From positions 14,082 to 78,081 of the forward strand of contig JAGYIW010000002.1 of the NCBI GenBank assembly GCA_018402195.1: a DNA stretch of 64,000 nucleotides, read 5' to 3'. A model generated the notes under the pieces. It was not told the DNA's origin and made no database searches. It saw only the letters and a list, made by a program, of their open reading frames with translations. The DNA comes from Gammaproteobacteria bacterium. Lineage in GTDB: Bacteria; Pseudomonadota; Gammaproteobacteria; M30B25. Below are positions 30,105 through 38,399 of the stretch, piece after piece (within the stretch, counting starts at the first letter, position 1; the number at the start of each line of letters is the position of its first letter). The position numbers were made by a program, and so were the translations under genes.

Positions 30105-31014
30105 GGTGTCTGCGTATCTCCGGCTTTGGCTCCTGCCGCGCTCATGGGGGTGGGCGTTGCTCATCACTTTCTTAAAAACCATATCGCGAATGCCTTTCTC
30201 CAGCAGAATATGGTGTGGTAAATGGATAGGTAGGCTGATTCGCCTTGCACTTCGGGAAAGAGCTCGGATTGTTCAAGCCAATGTCGCTGCATGTTTTCCA
30301 GATCTGGTAGCAGTCAGGCAGGCTCAGCTGGTTTCTAATCATTTTACCAGTCTTGGTACTGGCTTTTTGGAGATGGGTTTAGCTTGGCGGCAGCATATGG
30401 GTGCTTTACCTATAGCGCCTTGCGTAACTGAGGGGTTGGGCCATTTGGCTAAAGCCAAAGCTAGTGGCAACGGCATATTGATTGTCACTGCGCATTTCGC
30501 TCCTCCAGATTTGATGGGTGTTTATTTGGGGAGGTGTGTTGACTACCATGCCATGGTAAGGCCACAAAAAAGCCAAGTACTCAACGACTATGTGGCTCAA
30601 AAGCGCTCTTATGCCAAGTCAGTTTTCTATCAGCATGAACAGCTTAAAGCCTGTCGCTTGCTAAAAAAAGGTGAATGTATGGCTTATTTTGCTGATCAAG
30701 ATTATGGTATCAAACATAGCGTATTTGCACCATTTTTCAACAACCCTGCTGCTACCGTGGTGGCGGTGGAGAAAATGGCCAGGATTTCTGGTTCTGTGGT
30801 GCTGCCGGCATTTTTTTTCAGGGATGCTTCTATCAAAGGCTACCGTTTGGCATTCATGCCCATGATTGAACCTTTTCCCAAGGAAAATCCTGTGGCGTCA
30901 GCCGCTGCAATAAATTCTGTCATAGAGCAAGCTGTGAAAAGATTTCCCGAGCAATATCTATGGGGGCATCGGCGTTTCAAAAGTAGGCCGCCGTCCTTTA
31001 AGCCTCTGTATTAA
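30097..31014 (+). CDS. lipid A biosynthesis (lauroyl/myristoyl) acyltransferase, LpxL/HtrB family
   Basis: N-terminal TM, HX4D motif (AHFAPPD), ..YFADQDYG..PFF...A....A.EK.A.. layout; ATG 30097 overlaps the upstream stop (ORF track start 30055). Confidence 0.75.
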   Translation: MNEVSAYLRLWLLPRSWGWALLITFLKTISRMPFSSRIWCGKWIGRLIRLALRERARIVQANVAACFPDLVAVRQAQLVSNHFTSLGTGFLEMGLAWRQHMGALPIAPCVTEGLGHLAKAKASGNGILIVTAHFAPPDLMGVYLGRCVDYHAMVRPQKSQVLNDYVAQKRSYAKSVFYQHEQLKACRLLKKGECMAYFADQDYGIKHSVFAPFFNNPAATVVAVEKMARISGSVVLPAFFFRDASIKGYRLAFMPMIEPFPKENPVASAAAINSVIEQAVKRFPEQYLWGHRRFKSRPPSFKPLY

Positions 31015-31024
31015 TGTCGTGCCA

Positions 31025-31699
31025 CTATTCAGTGGGTTCAGTGACATCTTCATGCCTGACCTGCATGACAGTCGGGTCTTTCATTGGGTCACGCTCAGAT
31101 TTGAGATAGGTGAGTTTTGCCTGCAGCAACGGCGCCAGAATTTGGTCTTCTTTTCCTAGAGTAACGGTGTCATAGTCACCATGTAGTGGCTTAAGCTTCA
31201 GGGTTTTCCCATCACCAATTAATTTTCTAAAAATCAAGTTGTTGTCGCTTAAAGCCAGCACAAAATCTTGGTCGTGATAAGCTGCTTCAGGATCAAAGAT
31301 GAGTGCTGTATTGAGTGGGAAAATAGGGAACATGCTGTTGTCTGGGGCAATGTAGGCAAATGCTCTGGAAGTAGTGTGTAAGTCAGTGGTAATGAAATGT
31401 GAGCATGGGATAGCATGATCATAGCGCATGTGCTGCACCACTTGCTGGGCATTAAGAATGGGGAGGGTAGTGACCTTAGGTAAGCCCAGCGTCATTGGTT
31501 GAGTACCAAAGAGCTGTTCAACTTGAATGCCAAAATGTTGGGCAATGGGCAGTAGTGTTTCAATTTTAGGGTTGGTGGTATCCCCTGCAGCAATGCGATG
31601 AACCACGGGCTGCTGAATGCCTGTTTGCCTAGCTAATCTCGAGGCGCTAAGACGATAATGTTTGAGTAAGAAGGATAGATTTTTTGCAAGCTTGTTCAT
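31025..31699 (-). CDS. XRE-HTH / S24 peptidase (LexA/CI-like) repressor
   Basis: 224 aa; N-terminal HTH (LSASRLARQTGIQQPVVHRIAAG), C-terminal S24-like domain (..DNSM.P......LIFD...........V..). Confidence 0.7.
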   Translation of the reverse strand: MNKLAKNLSFLLKHYRLSASRLARQTGIQQPVVHRIAAGDTTNPKIETLLPIAQHFGIQVEQLFGTQPMTLGLPKVTTLPILNAQQVVQHMRYDHAIPCSHFITTDLHTTSRAFAYIAPDNSMFPIFPLNTALIFDPEAAYHDQDFVLALSDNNLIFRKLIGDGKTLKLKPLHGDYDTVTLGKEDQILAPLLQAKLTYLKSERDPMKDPTVMQVRHEDVTEPTE

Positions 31700-31804
31700 A
31701 TGGTTGGATTCTATTTTATTGCTTCGATTGTCTCAGGTTGAAAGATAAAATTCAAATTATTCACCACAGGTGTTTTTTATGTATTGTTGCATCGAATTTA
31801 ATGT

Positions 31805-31838
31805 GTTATGATTTATTTGGTTGGTAGGAAATCATAAC
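31805..31838. promoter_or_regulatory. 10-bp perfect inverted repeat (GTTATGATTT-N14-AAATCATAAC) upstream of the LuxR-type gene
   Basis: Seen directly; lies 15 nt upstream of the start, just before the AAGGAG SD, in the divergent intergenic region. Confidence 0.3.
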
Positions 31839-31852
31839 CACAATAAGGAGCA

Positions 31853-32224
31853 ATGATGGAACAATCGTCAAAGATAGTGGATAACCTCTGCTTAAGTCAA
31901 CCCAGTATGCCAGACTGGGATAAATTTCAAGTAAAATTACAGAAAATAAAGGCTGATCGTCACCCCACGCAGATAACGCGGCGGCACTTTAAGATCGATG
32001 CCAGGTATGGTGATGTTTACTTCACATTGCGTGAAGCACAATGTATGGCTCAAATCATGCGTGGTAGAACAGTGAAATCAACCGCACTCTTTTTGGGACT
32101 TTCACCTAGAACAGTTGAGTATTATTTGAAAAACATGAAGGCGAAAATGAAATGTAGGACCAAGTCAGAATTAATGCAGCTTATTGCAGATACTGAGTTC
32201 ATGACCACAATTGGTCGTTTTTAA
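31853..32224 (+). CDS. LuxR/GerE-family HTH regulator (small, no receiver domain)
   Basis: 123 aa; C-terminal ..TLREAQCMAQIMRGRTVKSTALFLGLSPRTVEYYLKNMKAKM.. GerE HTH. Confidence 0.65.
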   Translation: MMEQSSKIVDNLCLSQPSMPDWDKFQVKLQKIKADRHPTQITRRHFKIDARYGDVYFTLREAQCMAQIMRGRTVKSTALFLGLSPRTVEYYLKNMKAKMKCRTKSELMQLIADTEFMTTIGRF

Positions 32225-32307
32225 TCCTATTATGATGTGTTTTGACCGCAGAGGGGGCGACATGATACTCTTGTCGCCCTCGATAAGTGCTTGCAGGCAG
32301 GTGTTTT

Positions 32308-33078
32308 ATGCAGCTTGTGGATAAAGACTTGTGGCATGAAAGCCAGCCTCATATCTGAAGAGGTAGTGCTAACCTCTGGTGCACTCAGGTTTCAGAGGCT
32401 GCAGTGAGCTGCATTTGGCCTCCCGCCCGACGTGCTCACTGATGATGAAAACAAAATAGCTCGTATTCAAGCGCCTGTGGTGCAGCCAGGTGCATGGGCG
32501 CAAGAGCCTGCATTTTGCCAGGGTTGCTGCCAAGGTCACACCATCAAATCAATCCCTAAAATATTTCTTTGTTATTAGGTGATAATGGCAAACCATATTT
32601 GCCTGAAACACAAAACAAAGCTACAGTTTAATGTCACCCATACAGATGGACTGGATGCTTGTCGCATTTGGTCTAGGCAGCTTCTGAAGCCGCGTTGACT
32701 CATGGAGCATCAAATCTTGAAGGCGGCGGTACGCTTTGATGGCATTGCCGCCAGTGCCACGGCAAGTTTTCACCAGAAGAATATCAGTGGACGTGCGCAG
32801 AAAAATGAACCAGGAAGGCGCCAGCGCCAAGAGGCGCGTTTCCGGCGCCCGGGGTGGCAAAGGAAGCCTTGCCTAAAAGCCGGGGGTATGGGGGCCACAA
32901 CCTGCGCCTAGATGCTTCTCCGGAACCTCTTCGAAGGGAGGATAAAGGGGGCGCTAAGCACAGCTCCTTTATCGCTGCGCGTGCAGGAAACCCTCAGAGA
33001 AATCCGTTGCTTCCTCTGAAGCGTTGCCAAGTATATTTATCCCGATACCAAGCCGCTTTGTCGCTGAATAATCTGTAA
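32308..33078 (+). pseudogene. Sfp/EntD-type 4'-phosphopantetheinyl transferase, multiply frameshifted
   Basis: Pieces in three frames: ..LTDDENKIARIQ.., ..GDNGKPYLPE..FNVTHTDG.., ..W.RK.CLKAGGMG.. (W-KEA-KA-G motif). Confidence 0.5.
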
Positions 33079-33278
33079 GTGCAAACGGTTCTTTGTTGTC
33101 GATATGCTGACAGATAACGCTAAAGTGCGATAGCAAGGCTTGCACAATCAGGTTAATGGCTTCGATGATTTCAAAAGCGGTTGTTTGTAGCGCCAAGTCC
33201 CTTTATACTGTAACGGTACGCTTCGGGGAAACTGTCGTACGGCCGACATTGCTACAGTACGAGAATAGCGCCATTTTC

Positions 33279-33373
33279 GGGAGGGGCCCCGGAGCGGTCA
33301 AAGGGATCAGACTGCAAACCGGCGACTTAGCTTCTTTAGTGCCTCAGCAGGTTCGAATCCTACCCCTCCACCA
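33279..33373 (+). pseudogene. tRNA-Tyr-like sequence, anticodon arm disrupted (loop reads CTGCAAA)
   Basis: GGAGGGG/CCCCTCC acceptor, GAGCGGTCAAAGGG D-region, GGTTCGAATCC T-loop and CCA present. The anticodon stem TCAGA/CCGGC cannot pair and the span is about 10 nt too long. Confidence 0.5.
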
Positions 33374-33391
33374 CTGGTGGGTAGAAAATAA

Positions 33392-33462
33392 GCGGGTGTA
33401 GTTCAGCGGTAGAACTTCAGCCTTCCAAGCTGATTGCGTGGGTTCGATTCCCATCACCCGCT
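33392..33462 (+). tRNA. tRNA-Gly (anticodon TCC), apparently intact, no encoded CCA
   Basis: GCGGGTG/CACCCGC acceptor, GTTC/GAAC D-stem, TCAGC-CTTCCAA-GCTGA anticodon arm, GTGGG-TTCGATT-CCCAT T-arm. Confidence 0.8.
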
Positions 33463-33463
33463 G

Positions 33464-33565
33464 GCTGAGGTTTGGGCAAGCCCATAAGGAAGCTCCTCAG
33501 GCTTGGTAGAGCACTTCTTGGTAAGGAAGAGGTCACCGTGTCTAATTCCGGGTTATGGGGCACCA
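33464..33565 (+). pseudogene. tRNA-Thr(GGT)-like sequence with an insertion of about 19 nt and broken stems
   Basis: ..TTGGTAGAGCAC..CTTGGTAAGGAAG..GGCACCA recognisable, but the acceptor and T stems do not pair. Confidence 0.45.
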
Positions 33566-33619
33566 AGATGGAGTAGGACAACTCGTAAACATAACATTTG
33601 GGTAGAGGGCATGAAGGCA

Positions 33620-34891
33620 CTGGCAAAGAAACTGAGCTGAAGCAAACCGGCATATCACCTGTGTAGGTACAATTGGTCACTGCAGACTATGGTGCTGAAT
33701 GACGCTGGGGAATTGAAGGGTGTAGCCAGACATAGCTGATTATAAAATGCGTCTGAAAGTTGAGCATGGTGGCAGCTCAAAACTATGCGGATATAGATAA
33801 AGCGCCAGAAGAGAAAGCGCGAGGGCATCGATCACTCTCAACCACAGACGCTGAGTATGCAGTGAAAGTGCGACATCCCCACGCAGACTGTCCCATTACG
33901 GATTATGTAAAGAACATGATCAGCGGTAGCAGACATGGGATTGAGCGATACTGGTTGTATCAGCGGCGGATGGTCCAATGCCACGTGACAAAGCAGAGCT
34001 ATATTGTTGGCAAGGCAGGTAGTGCCATCGATGGTGGTATTTCCTTTTGAACAAAGCAGACATGGTAGATGGCATTATGATACAGATTTGGCAGAAATGG
34101 AAGTACAGAGAGCGGTTGAGCGAGTACGACTTTCCGGCGTGACGAAGTACCAGAATCATCAAGGGATCAGCTTGAAAGGACTGGCGGCGGTAAAGCAGTG
34201 CATTACAAAGTGGCGCAAGTTGATCAAAGATTTGGTGTTGGCGATGGATGAGTACTTTGAGATACCAGAGCGTCCGTGTAGACAAGGACTTTTTGATGCC
34301 GATTGAAGACGTATTTTCTATTTCAGGTCAAAAAAGTGGCCAGCAGTACGCGACAGGGCGAATCGAGCGTGAGGTAGTGCAAAGTCAGGGGATCTGATAG
34401 AGATTGCAGGGTAAAATTCAGAGGCACCGCAAACAACAATTACGTACGGGTGCGTATATTGCTCTCGCAAGTTGTTGGACGAAGGTTTTGCGGAGACAAC
34501 GTGTATTGTTGGCGGGGCGCTTAGCTATGTAGCAGCTCAGAGCGAGGCCAAGCACGGAAGGGCAAAGCCAGGCAACGACTCCGGCCTGGCCAACACCAGC
34601 TCCAGCGGGAAGTGTACGTATTGACCAAAGATTTAGTTGCGGGCGTCATGCTTAAGCCCCCGATGATACGCCACAGCCCCCACTGGAGAATTTGAGTTGC
34701 ACTCCTTAACGTGGAGATCAAGCCACTGTGGACTACGGTAGAGATGAAGTAGGTTTTTTCCAGGAGACAATGCACAGCAGTAGCGAGAGCCGACCTGTTC
34801 CAATTGCGATGGAGCGCGGTAAGTTTCCTCATTCGCGAAGGTAATGCAAACAGTAGGTGCCGGGAATGTAACTGAGGTAATTACTGAGTAA
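33620..34891 (+). pseudogene. tuf: elongation factor Tu, heavily degraded copy
   Basis: Colinear nucleotide similarity to 50203-51394 from (c)TGGCAAAGAAA to ATTACTGAGTAA; dense indels and substitutions; about 80 bp longer; no ORF longer than about 120 aa. Confidence 0.85.
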
Positions 34892-34930
34892 GATGCTGTG
34901 GGTGAGCTTGTTTTTGCAGCCTCCGGGCAT

Positions 34931-35015
34931 AGGCTAGTAGCTCAATCTGGGTGGTGATGCAGCGGATCTCAAAACCGCAGGTTGGGGGTCTGAGTCCCCT
35001 CCTCCTAGCCTGCCA
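34931..35015 (+). pseudogene. tRNA-Trp-like sequence, internally disrupted (anticodon loop reads CTCAAAA)
   Basis: AGGCTAG/CTAGCCT acceptor and CCA tail pair perfectly, but the D and T regions are expanded (85 nt) and the CCA anticodon is not intact. Confidence 0.5.
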
Positions 35016-35032
35016 CAACTCACAGCCAGGAA

Positions 35033-35404
35033 ATGAGTACCAAGCAGATCACAGGTAAAAATGCTGCTGACACCCGGTGGCCCTTTGTGACTGCTTTGTT
35101 GACGTTAGCATTGGTAGCCAATATGTGGTTTACTGATGTTGATGGTATTACGTGCTGCGGTTGGTATTGTTGTTGTACTATTGGCGCGCTTGGTGGCACA
35201 AGCAAAACAATGTCAAGGCAAAGACACTGCAAATGCTCTCAACAAAGACACATGGAGATGCGTAAAGTGGTTTGGCCGACAAGACAAGAAGCTTCCAGAT
35301 GAAATACCATGTTGGTGGCACCACTGTTGTATTAATGTCAGGTGTGTTATGGGGCATTGACACATGACAGTTTGCATGGGCCAATTATGAAATTTGTAGG
35401 GTAA
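35033..35404 (+). pseudogene. secE: preprotein translocase subunit SecE, frameshifted
   Basis: ORF 35033.. contains ..EMRKVVWPTRQEA.. (SecE signature); the downstream TM segment is in another frame. Confidence 0.6.
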
Positions 35405-35407
35405 AAA

Positions 35408-36007
35408 GTGCAAACACGGTCGTGGTAAGGTCACCGAACTCTGCCTATAATATCCATTTTGTATCCTTTCAAAGGAAAACGTGTGGTAAAAGACTCCGGT
35501 ATAGTCCTACCTGCATTGCATAATCCTGGGTGACTAAATTTTGGTGAAATCTTGGTTCCTTCGGAGACTGTGATGGAGATCAAAAAGGTGGCACTAAGAA
35601 AAGCATTGAGCGTAAAATTTTTCCTGGCTATGTGTTGTTGCAGATGCACTGACTGACGAAACTCAGTATGGTTAGGGAAGCACACCTTAATGTTATGGGA
35701 TTTATTATGGCAATTTCAATGACGTCCAACTCCCTATTTCAAATAAAGAGGTTTGTATTTCAAACGAGGCTATATTGATACGTGTTGAAGAGGGTGTCAG
35801 CAAGCCTAGGGCCCCAAACATTATTCGAGGTTGGTGAGGTTGTGCGTGTTGTAGGGTGGCCCATTTGCCGACTTGGACGGAGCGTTTCATGAAGATATCA
35901 CTCGATGACAAGAGTCGGCTACGGGTGGCTGTAAAAATGATCATCCCTGGACGATCTACTCCGCAGGTTGAACTAGAATTTGGCGAAGTAGGAAAAATAG
36001 CTAGTAA
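35408..36007 (+). pseudogene. nusG: transcription termination/antitermination factor NusG, multiply frameshifted
   Basis: Fragments ..VPSETVMEIKK....KFF(P)GY.., ..GEVVRVV.GP.. and ..GRSTPQVELEFGEV.K. scattered over three frames in the canonical secE-nusG-rplK position. Confidence 0.65.
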
Positions 36008-36056
36008 AACAACAGTGGGAGCCGGAAGGCGTTTGAACCCATAGAGGAAAAGTCAA

Positions 36057-36505
36057 GTGGCAACTAAAAAATCGTCAACTACGTGAAGCTGCAGATTTCT
36101 GCAGGTTCTGCCAATCCTGCACCGCCGGTTGGCCCAGCACTGGGGCAGCACGGCTTGAACATTGTGGGGTTTTGTAAAGAATTTAACGAAAAAACCAAAG
36201 ATTTGGAGAAAGGCCTGCCAGTACCAACGGTCATTACCGTATATTCTGATAAAAGCTTTACTTTTATACTGAAAACACCACCAGCATCTGTGTTGCTACT
36301 AAAGGCTGCTGGAATCAAAAAAGGCAGTGGTGTTCCTCATAAAGAGAAAGTAGGTCAAGTGACGCGTGCTCAGTTGGAAGAAATAGCCGCCACTAAGATG
36401 CCTGATTTGTCAGCCAATGATATGGATGCAGCTGTCTTAATTATTGCAGGTACAGCGAGAAGTATGGGGATTGAAACTAATTTAGGTGATGGGGGTGCTG
36501 CATGA
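36057..36505 (+). CDS. rplK: 50S ribosomal protein L11 (uL11); frameshift in codon 5 at an A6 run, or start at GTG 36083
   Basis: ORF 36083-36505 = ..[23 protein letters not shown]... With one extra A at 36066-36071, GTG 36057 (GAGGA upstream) gives [17 protein letters not shown]. Confidence 0.85.
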
Positions 36506-37194
36506 CTATAAGTAAAAGAAAAGGGGTCATGCGCGAGCAAGTAGACATCAATCGCACTTACCCTATCGAAGAAGCAGTGGCATTGCTTAAGTCAATGTCG
36601 TCAGTAAAATTTGATGAAACCATTGAGTTTGTTGTACGCTTAGGCATTGATGCAAAAAAATCAGACCAAGTAGTGCGTGGCGCAACAGTACTGCCTCATG
36701 GTACAGGTAAAACGGTTAGAGTCGCAGTGTTTGCACAAGGTGATTTGGCTGAGGAAGCCAGCAAAGAAGGTGCTGACATTGTTGGATTTGATGATTTGGC
36801 AGATAAAGTTAAGAAAGGCGAGTTGAACTTCGATGTTGTTATTGCTGCACCTGATGCCATGCGCGTTGTTGGTCAGTTAGGACAAATCTTAGGCCCTAAA
36901 GGGCTGATGCCCAACCCGAAAGTGGGTACTGTGACAAAAGACATTGGCATTGCTGTGAAAAATGCCAAGTCTGGGCAGGTACAATATCGTGTAGATAAAG
37001 CTGGTCATATCCACGCTGGTGTGGGTAAAGTTAGTTTTGAAGTTGATGCATTGGTAGCTAATATAAAAGCATTGGTTGAAGATCTCAAGCGCTTGCGCCC
37101 AAGTGCGGCCAAGGGGATTTACCTGCGCAAAATGTCTGTCTCTTCAAGCATGGGGATTGGTCTTGTGGTAGATATATCTTCAGTAGAGGGGTAA
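36502..37194 (+). CDS. rplA: 50S ribosomal protein L1 (uL1)
   Basis: 230-aa intact ORF, ATGA overlap with rplK; ..[25 protein letters not shown].. Confidence 0.9.
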   Translation: MTISKRKGVMREQVDINRTYPIEEAVALLKSMSSVKFDETIEFVVRLGIDAKKSDQVVRGATVLPHGTGKTVRVAVFAQGDLAEEASKEGADIVGFDDLADKVKKGELNFDVVIAAPDAMRVVGQLGQILGPKGLMPNPKVGTVTKDIGIAVKNAKSGQVQYRVDKAGHIHAGVGKVSFEVDALVANIKALVEDLKRLRPSAAKGIYLRKMSVSSSMGIGLVVDISSVEG

Positions 37195-37349
37195 GAGGCA
37201 ATCAGTTCGCAGTAGTGTTGGTTTTTAACCTGCACACTGTCGAAGACCGTGGGTGCCTGGCATATGTGAGGCTTAATTTTCCCGCGCAGATGGTGGTAGT
37301 GTTTGGAAGCACTGCTGAATATTAATGGTGTGATGAGAGGAGTAAATTC

Positions 37350-37877
37350 ATGGCACTAAAATTAGAGCAAAAGAAGGCAGTTGTCGCAGAAGTCAAAGCA
37401 ATGGCTTCCGAGGCCGTGTCCGCTGTTGTCGCAGATTACCGTGGTTTAACCATGTCTGCGTTAACAGAATTGCGCTGTAAAGCACGAGATGTCAACGTCA
37501 AAGTGCGTGTGGTTCGTAATACGCTCGCTAAACGTGCAATCCAAGAGACAGGCTTTGCTTGTTTGGATTCTGTCCTTAGTGGTCCGGTTATCTTGTTGTT
37601 CGCTATGGATCATCCTGGCGCTGCAGCCCGATTGGCCAAAGAATTTACGAAAAAGCACAATAAATTAGATGTAACAGCCTTGGCTTTTGAGGGCAATTTG
37701 ATGTCAGCAGATCAGCTGGCTATGCTCGCAAGTTTGCCAACATACGAAGAGGGTATCAGTTTGCTTATGGCAATGATGATGGCGCCTTTGACGCAAACTG
37801 CGCGTTGCATGTCTGAGACAGTGGGCAAATTGGTGCGTGTTACAGATGCTGTAGCGAAACAGCAAGACGCTGCTTAA
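37350..37877 (+). CDS. rplJ: 50S ribosomal protein L10 (uL10)
   Basis: 175-aa intact ORF, MALKLEQKKAVVAEV..; 155-nt leader upstream (possible L10 autoregulatory leader, not verified). Confidence 0.9.
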   Translation: MALKLEQKKAVVAEVKAMASEAVSAVVADYRGLTMSALTELRCKARDVNVKVRVVRNTLAKRAIQETGFACLDSVLSGPVILLFAMDHPGAAARLAKEFTKKHNKLDVTALAFEGNLMSADQLAMLASLPTYEEGISLLMAMMMAPLTQTARCMSETVGKLVRVTDAVAKQQDAA

Positions 37878-37907
37878 TTTAATGAATAAATCGTTGGAGA
37901 ATGAACA

Positions 37908-38296
37908 ATGAGTGAACTATCTAAAGAAGTACAATCAATGCTTGATGGCATAAAAAAGTTAACTGTGGTACAAGTGGTTGAGCTTGTGAAGGCAATGGAA
38001 GATGAATTTAGCGTTTCTGCCGCAGCCATGGCTGCGCCAGCTGCTGCTCCTGTCGGCGGTGCTGGTGGCGAAGCTGCTGAAGAAAAACTGAATTCGACGT
38101 TGTAATGACTAGTTTTGGCCCTAACAAAGTTGCAGTTATTAAGGTAGTTAGGGTGATAACGTCTCTTGGCTTGAAAGAAGCCAAGGACTTGGTTGAGTCT
38201 GCACCCTCATCTGTTAAAGAAGGTGTCTCTAAAGACGAAGCAGAAGACATTAAGAAACAGCTCGTAGAAGCTGGTGCTGAAGTGGAAGTGAAGTAA
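37908..38296 (+). pseudogene. rplL: 50S ribosomal protein L7/L12 (bL12), single frameshift at an A5 run (38083-38087)
   Basis: ORFs 37908-38105 and 38105-38296. One extra A gives ..[42 protein letters not shown].. Confidence 0.85.
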
Positions 38297-38317
38297 CTCC
38301 CTGAAGCATTTTCGAAG

Positions 38318-38350
38318 CCTGTGGTGCTCGCTAATGGGCGTCACAGGTTT
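38318..38350 (+). terminator. candidate rplL-rpoB attenuator hairpin
   Basis: CCTGTGGTGC..GCGTCACAGG imperfect hairpin followed by TTT; sits where E. coli has a partial terminator. Confidence 0.35.
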
Positions 38351-38399
38351 CTGTGGTTACAGGCTGTAAAGTGATCAATGTGATATCAAGAGGGCGCGT

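Noticed and set aside
32969-33196. Minus-strand ORF with ..GIGINILGN.. suggesting a BirA-like biotin ligase
   Set aside because: There is a single short motif resemblance and no other BirA motif (for example GRGRxGR) in the expected upstream position. The plus strand carries the better-supported PPTase relic up to about 33,078.
34931-35015. Idea that the Trp-like tRNA with loop CTCAAAA (or the Tyr-like one with GCA) represents anticodon reassignment or a suppressor tRNA
   Set aside because: Both have unpaired or expanded internal arms and lie in the most error-dense block. The altered anticodons are best explained by the same lesions, and the clean genes show no evidence of recoding.
38083-38087. 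Programmed frameshift or transcriptional slippage rescuing rplL, recG, rplK and rpsK
   Set aside because: The runs are only 5-6 nt. Documented slippage rescue needs about 9 or more. There are no slippery heptamers or downstream structures, and the only convincing programmed site in the window is the IS A7G motif.
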